From Basidiobolus ranarum (taxonomy: Eukaryota): a DNA stretch of 46,356 nt. Positions 10,608 to 22,851 of this stretch are shown one piece after another. A program made the position numbers and the translations under genes. Below the pieces are notes generated by a model. That model worked only from the letters and a program-made list of their open reading frames with translations. It was not told where the DNA came from and searched no databases. Every line of letters begins with the position of its first letter. Position 1 is the first letter of the stretch. The DNA lies in NCBI GenBank assembly GCA_040143965.1, contig JASJQH010000024.1, positions 1-46,356 on the forward strand, written 5' to 3'.

Positions 10608-11573
10608 CTTCCATCATTCTAACTGCATACAACTGGCATGTTTTCGAAGATTCCATCGAAATACAATACATAAAATATACAACATTTCATACAAGCAATT
10701 AAACTTTATTATCAGTAAAATACGTGCTTTCCGGAAATGGGTGATTTATGACCACATTTCGGTAATATATTCCAAAGTTACCTCGCGCAAGTCAAAGAAA
10801 GACAATCACCAAGAATTTACCGAGCAGTTACACTAATTGTGGTTTCTTCGCTGCGTTAGGAAAATCATGGATTTAAGTACAAGTCCAATTTCCATATGAG
10901 GTTATATATCATTTGGAATGGTGCACAAATAGTAATCATTTGAGATACATGTATGCCCCTTTACGCCTTTGAATTCGAATGTTTTCTGTTTCATAAACTA
11001 TCGATTTTGCGATTTACTTCAATTTTGAAGGTAAGGTTTGGCTTTTGGATTATCATTCCAAACTCTTTTCATCGATCCTTGAATTCCTGACAAGCCTTCA
11101 TTTTGTGGCCTTTTAGTCTACTTAACCGTTTCTTCCTTTTAAAACCCCGAACCTTGCTTCTTCATTGTCAACATTCTCCTCTCGCTAGTGAACTTAGATA
11201 GTTTACCCCAGACTTAAGCACAAAACCACATTCGACTTCAGTCCATACTCCCTCCGTATTTCCTTTTTAATATCAACTATATGTCCTTGGCCTGAGTACG
11301 ATACAGTTATTCTTGTCCAGTTACTTCGCTTCACTTCATAATATTTTATCGGTGTCAGTTGACCTACCCGTATTTGAACTCATTTTTTGCTACTTTTTCC
11401 AAGCCTTGATGGCAATTAGCTTACAATCATAATCAACTCTATTGCGATTTCTACAATCCTCCTTACCTCCTTGACTATTTTATATCTACTTTGAACTATT
11501 GATTTCATACTTCCTACACACATATATCTTCTCCATTATCACCCTCTCGTTTAATTTATCCTTTTCTTCGAAC

Positions 11574-13390
11574 ATGGGAGTTTGTCTGTCTCAAGAAGAA
11601 AAAGAGGCCCGCGAGAGAAGTTCAGCCATCGATAAGTTGATAGAAGTTGATAATCGAAGAAATAACAAAGAATGTAAAATTCTTCTATTAGGTTAGTGAG
11701 GGAGGGGAGAAGTATTATTTGTTTGTTTATTTAGTGAAAGCCATATTTTCACCGTTCATATATGACCAAAAGTTAACCTATTCAACATATTCTATTGAAT
11801 CCCCTTAGGAAGTGGAGAATCTGGGAAATCCACTATCGTTAAACAAATGAAAATTATTCACCAAAACGGATATACAACCGAAGAATTATCTCTATTTAGA
11901 GCCACCATTTTCAAGAATTTGATCGATTCTGCGCAAAACCTTGTCCTTGCTATGAGGAAATTACAATTGGAACCTTTTGAACCTAAAAATAAGGTAAACC
12001 TTTTGGAATTGTTGTTTGAGATAAACCAAGTCTCAACTTATTCTTTTGTTGTGACGGATTTAGGAATATGCCAAAGTTATACTCAATGTTAAATATGAAG
12101 GAGCATACGCATTGAAATTAACACCAGAAATGGTAGAAGCAGCAGATTCCTTATGGAAAGATCCCATTACTGCTAGTTTGTTAGATAGACAAAGTGAATT
12201 CTATTTAATGGACTCTGCAACATAGTAAGTAATTTCAATGATTTATTTTTGATACTTCCAATCGAAATGGAAAGTTAACTTGAAAATTCTCTTCAGTTTC
12301 TTCACTCATTTACGACGTATCGGTTCTCCAAATTACATTCCTAGTGAAGCAGACGTCTTGAGGGCTCGTACCAAAACTACTGGTATTATAGAAACGCGAT
12401 TTAATATGGGCCAGCTCAGCATACAGTAAGTGTTTTTGTTGATGTTACCTAGGGAGAGGTTTCTATTGACACAATCTTGTTGTTAGCATGTTTGACGTGG
12501 GTGGACAGCGGTCAGAAAGGAAGAAGTGGATCCATTGCTTTGAGGCAGTTACTTCGATCATCTTTTGTGTGGCTCTTAGCGAGTATGATCAAGTTTTACT
12601 GGAAGAATCTGAGCAGGTAAGAGATTGAGTTATCATTCAATGGCAAAAGGAAGCTCTGGTTCTAGTTACAGCGCCAATTGGGACCAAGTTTTATTTTGAC
12701 CTCAGGCTTGATAAGCATGAATAACCTAATTTATTTGGTAGAATCGAATGACAGAGAGTCTTATTTTGTTCGAATCTGTAGTGAATAGTAGATGGTTTCT
12801 GCGTACATCAGTCATCTTCTTTTTGAACAAAATCGATCTGTTTAGAGAGAAACTTCCTCGAGTTCCACTTGAGAATTACTTCCCAGAATACACAGGTGGG
12901 AAACCAATGAATTCATAATCATAGAAAGTAATCACTAACCATGACCATTTCGTAGGTGGTTCTGATATTACTAAAGCGGCCAAATACATCCTTTGGAGAT
13001 TCACACAAACCAACCGAGCGAAACTCAACATCTATCCACAGTAAGTCCAAGTGAACGAGTGCCTCTTTACCCCTACCTTAATGCTAACCAAACCATCGAT
13101 TCTTTTCAGTCTCACACAAGCAACAGATACATCCAAGGTTTGTAACCCAGATAAATGCTACCTCCTTTAAACCCTCGCTAACATATATGCTTCTATTACC
13201 CTATGCAATCATTTCACTTACTTTCTAATAACGGAACTCTTTTAATTCAGATAAGGTATGTGAAGTGATTTTAGATTCGGTAACCCACCAACACTTACTA
13301 ATCTCCGATATTTCTATCTCTAGACTCGTGTTTGCCGCTGTCAAGGAAACAATACTACAGAATGCTCTCAGAGATAGTGGAATTCTATAA
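11574..13390 (+). CDS. Heterotrimeric G protein alpha subunit, fungal group III (Gpa2/GanB/GNA-3-like), 10 exons
   Basis: MGVCLS (myristoyl/palmitoyl sites), [50 protein letters not shown], and C-terminus [33 protein letters not shown]. Confidence 0.96.
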
Positions 13391-14028
13391 TGATCAAAAT
13401 TCGGCTTATATACCTTTCTTGTACATCCAACTAATGTTAAAGATCATCTTTTAATAAACACATGTATATCTCTTGAAACTTCTGTATATTCATATTCCAA
13501 TGCTCACTCCAAGTCTGATCCCAATATCGCTTAACATATCGTTGAGTATGAAATAGAGTGGATTTAAGAATTCCAATTTCCCACGAATCAGTTGCTATGG
13601 TTGGATGCTGGATCTAACTAAAAAATCAGTTGGTTACACACGAAGATGATGCAGTGACTGGCATTGGAACTGGTCACTCATTGTTCCATGGATGTTTCAT
13701 GCATCAATATATACGTAATATGTAATAGAGAGTATTTTAAAGGCAATACGACATATTTTATTCCAGACTATTTCGTGTTAATCCAATTCCCTACTAATGA
13801 GATACTATATATAATCCCTATATTTATATCCAATCCCTTTCCATCCACCATTTCTAATTCTAACATATTACTAGTAGTAAGGTGGGATTTAGGGAACACT
13901 CGTCGCAGATCAAATGATACGGGTTGGTTATTCTAAATAAGAATATTGCATGAATGGCTTCTATGGGATGGGATAGGATGGGATGAGAGTGAGCGAGGAT
14001 GAGGTGATTTAACAGACACACTAGACCC

Positions 14029-14265
14029 TTACTGTTCTTGTGGATCCTCAGTGATAGATTCCAATGATTGGGACATCTTCATCCGAGGCCAAGTAGCAGA
14101 ACGTGTGAATGAACTTCTTGGGAACCTTTCAGAACTCGAAAAGATACAACTTTTTCTTTGATGAGGTTTCTTTAGACGCTGAAGAGAAGATGGGTAAATC
14201 TCTGACATATAGTTGGACTTCTCCATAGATTCCTCAAGAATCGATGACATATATACGGTTTCCAT
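14029..14265 (-). CDS. Putative 78-aa disordered microprotein
   Basis: ATG-to-TAA ORF with TATATAA at 14401-14407 upstream and a pyrimidine-rich 3' flank. Ser/Arg/Glu-rich with RSATWP and LESITE motifs. Confidence 0.55.
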   Translation of the reverse strand: METVYMSSILEESMEKSNYMSEIYPSSLQRLKKPHQRKSCIFSSSERFPRSSFTRSATWPRMKMSQSLESITEDPQEQ

Positions 14266-14400
14266 AGAAATTGTGTTTGATTTGGTGTGGATTCGAATGA
14301 AAATTTATGAAAGTTATCCTAAAGATGATGCTGATACTAGACTTGCTTTTCAAAAGGTAAGGAATTGACTTGGTCTTTCTAGTCCCTGGAAATCCCTCCC

Positions 14401-14407
14401 TTATATA
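14401..14407 (-). promoter_or_regulatory. TATA box upstream of 78-aa ORF
   Basis: GTATATAAGGG on the minus strand ~135 nt upstream of the ATG. Confidence 0.5.
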
Positions 14408-15540
14408 CGATTAAATCACCGCTAAGTATCGGCCAATTTCGGAGATTCTTGGTGGTATTGGATCAAACTCGTTTCTTAAAAGTACGTAAGCGGAAACAAT
14501 GTGCCAGATACCCTCCCTTTACCACTATCCCATCATTCAATTCACCATCTAATTCTTCCATGAAACTGACTTTGATTCGGTAGCGAATCGTTGGATCAGG
14601 AAACATTGTTACCACAGGATCATTGTTACAATGAGACACGGTTCACTTCTAACAATTCTTCTAGACAGCGGATGATCTTCCTTTCAATGAAGTATGTTTC
14701 GTGTAGAATGTTCGAAACAGCCACTATATAATCTACCGGAACATGCCCACCAATCCTGAAACTAAAATATAATGAGCTAGAAAAGGAAATAGAAACACAT
14801 CTAAAACACTGTCTCTGAAAAATCAGAAGGATCTTCGTTGGATTCATTGGTGAGAAAGTCGTGATTAAGATATATAACTGATGTGGAGATTGCTTCAGGA
14901 AAGGATTATTCCTCAAGAAAATGGGATCATACAACTCGGGATAATGGAAATTAATCAACTGCCATTCTACCATGCACTCCATCGTCACCCGTCACCCTTC
15001 ACGCTGCATACGATGAAACTAGTACAAATGGTTGATGTTACACTAAAAGTAAGGTTGTTGGACATCATTTACTCGTGGACTCCATCTATCAAGTCAATCC
15101 CGGATTATACAGAATCGATTAGTTCCCTACACTTTAGTTTCAAACACCATGCTAAATGGATAACCAGATTTACTAATATAGCATCTACCCACTAATAACC
15201 AATGGGCTGCAGCAAGTCCATACTATTTGAGTGGGAGTATATGTGTTTCGATTTGTGTAAAAAGTACGTGAGAACTCATTTGATGTATTAACTGGGTATA
15301 GTACCATCTTCTAATATAGTAACGGAAGTGGAGGAGCAAGTAGGCCAAGAGTATGTAAATTAGGATAGAGTGCATAGATTCAATAAATCTTATGTAAAGC
15401 AAGGGTATTGTCAATGGTTTACAGCAGTGGAGATTGGTGGTAAAAGCGGTAATAAATTAGAGTAGAAACAGATTACAGCACTAAGTTAGTCGATACAGCG
15501 CTCCATACTGTGGATGTAATAATACAGGGGATGTTGGTAG

Positions 15541-18500
15541 CTAGGTCGTGTTTTCGGTTGAGGTAGCGCTGTTCGTATTCAAATGCCGTTCTAACAGTGT
15601 TCGGTACTTTTTCAATGACCATCTATTTTTCCTTCCTAAATTGGGGCCATCTGTTCCATTACCGAAACTAGGGGTGGCTAATGGTGATCCTACGGCAGCA
15701 AGGCTTTGATAATCAGTATCAGTCCCGTCCATACTACTGCAGGTGGTGGAAGAACCACCAGATAAGCGTTTAAGTGCATAGGTGAAAGGATTGGAGCTTC
15801 GAGGGGATGGGCTTGTGTTCTCAACTGATTGTGATGTCATGGAGGAAGAGAGTGTATAAAGAGGATCAAATGTAGCATTATCAGAAAGCTGACTATCTCG
15901 CTTATTCAAACCCAAGCTTTGAGGGCTCTCGATGTATTTATGAGAGTTCGATGCTGGAGTGATGGGTGTGGTAGGGGACATCTGTATTGAGGGTGGTGTG
16001 CTTTGATTGTTGTTACGGGAACTGGATACGTCAAATGATAACGGCGGGTGATGTAATGTGATGGTAGACTTCTTAGCTGAGATTCTTACTAATTCGTCGG
16101 CAAAGTTCTTACGGAACACTAGTATGTCAAATTAGTATAGCATACATTGACGAATAACTTCAAAACAAGTACTTACGCATATCTAAGTTCTCATGAAGTG
16201 GTCTCATCTCTGCTGGGGCAATACGATTGTGGATTTCAAGGCAACGTTGTATGACCAATGTCTACATAAACGCGAACTGTTAGCATTTAACTGACGAAAC
16301 TTGATTCTCTTATTCGAAAGACCTACCTGATCATCAATAAGTTGAAGCAATTTATCGACCGTTCTTTCTTTATCAGGATGCTGGCTAATAAACTCTTTGG
16401 TTAAGAAAGCTTGCTTATACATCGAAACACCTCCATTGACAGCTGCATCGATAGCTCCATTCAAAGCCATTGCCAAGGGATTACTATTAACTTTGGAGGT
16501 GTCCGTACCAACGTATACTCCATACTTCTTCTCCAGGCGTAGCAATTCTTTGGTTTTACTCTCCATGGCCATAACAGCATTCTCTACGGGGGATTGTTCT
16601 TTTACTACCATAGATACAACCTCAGCTCGACGCAGTAAAGATGGAAATTTGAATTCGGTGACAAAAATCGTCTTTTCTGTCCACAACATCAAAAATTCAT
16701 TCACCGCATCTGTAACTCCGGGAGACACTAACGCGTTGGCATCTGTGCCCACTTTAGCCTTTAATAAGGTACTGTTTCGGGGAGAGGCCATTTCGCCAGT
16801 AGGAGATTTCTTTACGGGACGAGAAAAACTAAAAGTATTTACTTCATTGGCCTCATAATATTCCCGAACAGGCCCTGGAACGAGGTCGGGTTTTTCTAGA
16901 ATAGGAAGCGTCAAATCAGGCTCAGGGGTAACTGCGGTGATTTGGAGATATTGTCCGTGTGAATAAAGAAGGGATTCCGAGGGAGCCCCATTAGAACTAA
17001 GGAGCCGAGCAGAAGGATGCTTATTTTGAATTCTATCGCAAAACGCGCTGATTTTCTCCCAAGCCAAACCTCGGTACACGTACTGCTTATTTCTAACACT
17101 AGTGGGGAATCCTTTTCCATAGAATCCAACTCGAAAATATTCGCTATAGTAGCGCTCTTTATGCAATATGTTCTCATAGAGCTGGGCTCTGGTACGGAGA
17201 ATAGCAGCAAGTTTATCATAATCAAACAAAACATGCTCGTATTGATTGGCTAGTTCCTTACAAACTTCTATGCCATGTTCCCAAGCTTGACCTTCATCGA
17301 AGTATTTGAGGATTTTAGATAGTAACAGCTCCTTTCGCTGAAAAGTGGTTTGCGCAGGAAGATCCAAGCTGCTCATGGCTTCTAGATCGTTGGTTGAGGA
17401 CCAATCTAAGAGATCAACATGAAGCTTGAGGGTGATTCCAGCTTCAGCAAAATTCAGACTTCGAAGGTGCATATCGACCAGCTGATGGACATACTTGATG
17501 TAAATATCATCTTGATTCATGATTTTGATGAATTTGAGTAGCTTCATGGTACCCATGATGCGTTCATCTTCATATTCATCTTCGTCAGGTAGATCACGCA
17601 CGTTCAGCAACAATTCTAAGAATTTGTTGACCGAATCGATTAGCTTTATGAGGGCAAGCTTTAAAGTCTCGTCGGACTTCTCTTTCTCGATCTTAGAGAT
17701 GAGCCCCTGAACGAATAAATCATATGTGGTCAAATCTCCTTTGACTTCGGTCATGACAAGATGCTCCAGTCGGTCGAAACATTCCACCTCCATATGCTTG
17801 AAATCCGACTTGATTTCGTATTCCGAAACCATAATCGAGTAGAGTATGTTTAGCGCACATTTACGCAGACTGTCGTGAAGTGAAAGATTCAAATCCAAAA
17901 TAGGTCCCAGCAGTGCAAGAATTATACTTCGATACTTTTCTTGACCAATTCTGGATTTGAACGATTCAAGGCAATACCACATGGAGATAAGAAGATCAGG
18001 TCCCTGGGTTCTGACGTCCTGGAGTAGGTAGATCGTAGCGTGTTGCATTTGAGGAGTGAGGGTCTCCACTTTGAGCCGTTTGTTCGCCAAAATAAACATC
18101 AAAACCGTGTAGAATTTAACCCAGATATTAACTACTAGCTCAGATATTCGAGTAGCACTATTCAGACTCTCCTTGAGAATGATACCAAGAGGAATCAGGG
18201 TTTTGAAAGCTATTCTCAGGGAAAGTACAGATAAATTAAGCCAATGTTTTGGAAATGCACTCTCCGATAAGATCGAGTGAAGAATATCGAGAAGTAGTAT
18301 TATGTCTTGGAGTCTCTCTGCTTTAGCCAAACATGTCTGAAAGTAGAGTCTCAGTTGGTTGGCTGATGTAAGGGATAAAAGTGTCAAAATCATGGATGCT
18401 GATTCTCCAAATATGTTAGAACATTCATCAGATATTTCGACAGGCAATAGGTCGGGAGAGGATGAGATTGGAGAAAGAGGGCCACTTAGTCCAGAGCTGT

Positions 18501-21500
18501 GCTTGGAAGCAACACCGGGATGCTCAAAGCCAGTCGGTGTTGATATTTGACGGAGTCTATGGTACACTCCCAAAAGAAGTGGTAATATATTTAGCATAGT
18601 TCCGATGTCAGAATCCTCCCATTCCTTCTCACTCAAATGAGTTTTTACCTCCCCTTGAGCATCATAATGCGTGGAATGAATCTTTTCCAGCATCTCCGTT
18701 ACGATGATGTTATTTAATCGAAGGGTTTCCTTCCATTGCTCTACATCCGCATAGTCGGTTATAGGCTGCTCCAAGTACTCTTCAGCCCATCCTACTGCGG
18801 CCTTGACTAGTGTGTGTCGAGATTCGGAACAATCAAACAGCACACCATGGATCAGTTGATACACAAGTCGTAGTCGATGGTGTGCAAGATTGCCTTTTCT
18901 AAAGCTGGCTATAGAGTTGACAAATGACACGGCCACAACTGCAAGATCATTAGCAGGAAAGCGAGTTACAAGATCCTGAAAGATGGTGTGATAGTATTGC
19001 TGCGCAATCGTCTGAGTTCCGAGAATCGAAAGTGGAGTAGTGAGAGACATCAGCTTATTGATGTCCTCGAAGAGCCCCCATAGGCTAGTTTTGAATTCCC
19101 CTTCGGTCTCTACCTGATTCTCGCATATGATAGGCGATTGAGGCTCAGTATCGTTACTGACGTTTTTACCTTTTTCCTCAGCTCTATGAATACCCCAAGA
19201 TTTAACAATCAGCTTAAATAAATATTCCCAAGCCTTTATACTCGAACGGAGCGCCATTGCTTGAGTTGAATCCACTGGATTGGAGAGCAGCTTCCTCATA
19301 GAGGTAATTAAATGTTGGGAGACCCGGGGTGAGGAGAAATGATCCTTGATATACACATCCAGAACTGGTCGGAAGTTAGTGAAGCGTCGATCAGATACTA
19401 TATTCAATACGAAGACCAACGCCGCAAATACTAAATCATCCAAAGTAGGGCCTGCCCCCGAGGCCGAGGGTTGACGCTGGTGAGTGCCCTGCCTGGTAGG
19501 GGCATCTTCATGTTGAAATGAAGACAGAGGAGCGCCCAGCAAATCGAACAATACGTCAAATATATCTTGAAGGAATTTAACAATCTCCAATTCACCTATA
19601 AATGTGAAGTTCTTCAAAATAGAACGCATGTCATGTCGAGTAAGCAGTGCCTCTTTCCAATGTAAAAGATTGACTAAGGATTCGCTGTGAGTCAATTTGG
19701 TCGAACATAAAAATGTTTTTACGCTAAAACTGTCTTTCAAGGCAACAAGTCCAGAAGTGGGATTCTTCATCAGATCCAAACTCTCAAACGGTTTGAGTTT
19801 GCTAGGCTTTGGCGCTTTGGTACTAGATTTCAGGTATGAAGTTGATGAGACAACCTTGGCATCATATTTATACAATGTTAGAGAATGTGTATCATCCGAC
19901 ACTATAGTGTGATGGTTGTCTAACGAGAGAGGTAAAAAGGCAAATGCAAATATGCTACTGTCGGTGGATTTCTCTTTACTACCTAGAGATATAGAAGATC
20001 CTGACTGTTCTTTACTGGAGCAATGTCGAAAGGTAAAGAAGATGTGGGCGCTCTTAAACACGTCTGGAGTTAGCTCAATTTTGATTGACTCATCCCATCT
20101 GGGATTATTGGAGTGATAAATTACTACAGACTCATACCGAGTTACATTGGCTTCTCCAGATCCACGGCATATAGCGCCATCTAATGCTGATCCGTTCCCA
20201 GTATTTGAACGAACCTCCACTTTGACTTGTATATTCTTGGCTGTTGTTCTGCGACCTTGCTGAAAATCACCGGAACATATGGTCAAATGCATAGCATTCC
20301 GACTGTCACCAGGAAGAACTACATCAGGAAATCCTAGCCTTGATGTGAGAGGAATATCAAGTAGCAGTGTTGGATGCTCTCTGATTAGAGTTTGCGCTTG
20401 TCCTTGAAACACGCGAAATGATACGCAGATACTTTCAGCCCTTGGGGATTGCTCATATTCGCCAGTTTGATTTATAATACTCTCGTGCAATGTGGCGAAG
20501 GTAGTGTCATTCCAAGGAGTAAATATCTTGACGACACATTCTCGCAAAGTGTCAACTTGATCACCGGCTTGAAGAATATCACTAACAGCAAGGACAGCAC
20601 ATCCAAAGGGTCTCCTGTAACTGTTGATCTCGTTGCCTATCTTGGTTGAATTTACACGATTTGAGATATCTACAGATGAGGAAGATGAAAGATCCGTAGC
20701 TTTATCCAGCAATAAGGTCCGACCAATACGGACTATTCTACACACCAGATACACTTGATCACTGATATCCTTCCGGGATAAGTCACTGAACAAGGTTCGC
20801 AGTCTACCAATCCGGTTGGTATCACGAGGCATCCCTTGAGATGTAAGAACAATCAGGAACACTTCACTAATGAATTTGGAGGTAGTTTTGTTGAACAAAG
20901 AGAAATGCAGCTCCGTGTATTCTCCTGTTAAACATATTGATGCCACAAAGGCCTTTAAATCGAAGAAGAGATGATACAAATTAGGGATGGTGTCTACTTC
21001 AGATTTGCTCAATCTCTTGCGAACAGGAGTCGAACTGAATCCCGATGGAGAATGGCTCGGATAAACATTCTCAACCAGTGCACTACTATCACCGGAGATC
21101 TCAACATGCTTTCTGTAGAGTGCCGTCAAAGGGGAGCTCTTCTCATCGATGGGAAGTCCTTTCTCGTTGTGAAGAACAATGGAATCTAACTTCTGTAATT
21201 TGTTACCAGACAAAATTGTATGAATTAACTCTGATCGCAGCTTGCTTAAATCCTCTAGGGATAATGTTTGTGAAAGAAGTTGTCTTCGACTCTTAAAAAG
21301 TGTGATCATGTGAGCCTTTACTTGGTTGAATAACTCATATTCGCACTTTCTTAAATATGTTTGTAAATAAGAACACCACTCTTTTAACACTGAAGTGATC
21401 ATGTCAACTAATGGCTCCGAAAATCCACTAGCTGTTCTATAGGATCCCATTTGAGAAATGGTTGGTGGCAATGGGCGAGTGTCATCGACTCCCTTTTCTT

Positions 21501-22068
21501 GTAGACTCAGCGGACGCATGCGATTTGTAGATATGGCAATGCTCCCACTAGTTGAATTCCTGAAAGAGTGTTCAGAGTTTGACCTTATCAAGGATGGCAT
21601 TTTAGGAAGTAACGCAGCAGGTTCTTTGGAAAGTCCTGCAGCTTTTCCTGGTTCCTCTGAATCAGTGAAAATAGTTGAAGTAGGGTGTAATTCGTCGATG
21701 GTATCGTGTAGTTTGTCATATTTATTCAGTTCGGTAGTCATAGAACTGGAATAAGCTCGACTCGGAAGGTAGGAGCGAATATGAACATGACTTACAGGGA
21801 ATATACCACAACGAGGTTGAGAATTTGGAGGGAATGTTGACACCACGTAACCCTTGTACCATTCACCCAATTGCTCAAATGCGTAAATAATGTCACCTAC
21901 TTCTAAATTGGCAAAGTATGACGTCCGAAGAGAAGCAAGTTGGGATATGAGCGGCTGAGGTGGTTCACTATCCTCCTGCACTTCATTGGTTGCACTAGGG
22001 TTGGCTAACGCAAAGGGGAAGATAGCTATTCCATTAGCAACTCGAGGAAGAGGTTGCCACTTTGGCAT
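15541..22068 (-). CDS. DOCK-family (DOCK1-5/Dck1-type) Rac GEF: SH3-like, DOCK_N, DHR-1 C2, DHR-2
   Basis: SH3-like LEVGD...WYKGY...GIFPVSHV, C2-region RRPFGCAV and YHSNNPRWDE, DHR-2 EYFRVGFYGKGFP and LNGAIDAAVNGG (nucleotide-sensor Val). Introns 16262-16326 and 16119-16176 join the 15541..16119 ORF as a Ser-rich tail. Confidence 0.95.
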
Positions 22069-22851
22069 ATTTTCATTCAATAGCGTTTATGGTATCACGA
22101 AATATGGAGTTTGGGTATCCAACACCAGAGAAAGTAATTCGTTCAACCAAAAAAGTTACAAAAGGTATACGCGGAAAAAATAGACTACTGGGAGGTGTAA
22201 TCCTAAGTCTTTTTCCAAACTTGGCTTGTAAATCCTTGGTTTGGTTAATATATGAGAATGGTGAAAGAGGGTGCAGATAGTAAATAGGAGGCGTAAAAGA
22301 AGCACCAAAAACTACTAATAGTAATATTCAGTATAATAGGCTATATGCAGTTAGAAAGCTTGTGTCACGATTGTGTCCTTTGCAAGCCTGGCTAACCAAG
22401 GCTTAAAGGTAAAATAGAATTACTTAACCACCTAACTATGGTTTAAGCTTCACAAATTGTAGTTAAACAATTGGAACGCCAGCTGTTAAATCACTACCAA
22501 TAAAACTAACATAAATATATGAAAATTACCCCTTTGTGGTTGGGAAGTTAGGGGCATCATATCCCTCTTCATCAGATTTGACCAATTCGATCAGATTACT
22601 ACGGGATACTAAATCGATTCAATCCTGTTGCGATATCTAGGGGGAATACCGCATTTACCAATCTACCACCCTAAGTTTGGTCAAAGTGGATAAATTTCAA
22701 TGTAATTTCATTGTAATTTTAGATTCACTCAATGATATTCTTGAAATCATTATGATAGTACTGTTGGAAATTAGTTGTTACCCTCAAGAAACATTGTTTA
22801 CTTTTCTACGAACTCAACACAACTTTACAATTTGTAAATACCAAATAGAGC

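Noticed and set aside
13963-14004. GGGAT-type repeat as telomeric or G-quadruplex element
   Set aside because: It is a short, degenerate microsatellite in a 3' flank with too few intact G-runs.
14626-15414. ORFs 14626..14988, 14881..15195 and 15223..15414
   Set aside because: They are mutually overlapping or low-complexity hydrophobic translations of intergenic and 3'UTR DNA, with no motifs or splice support.
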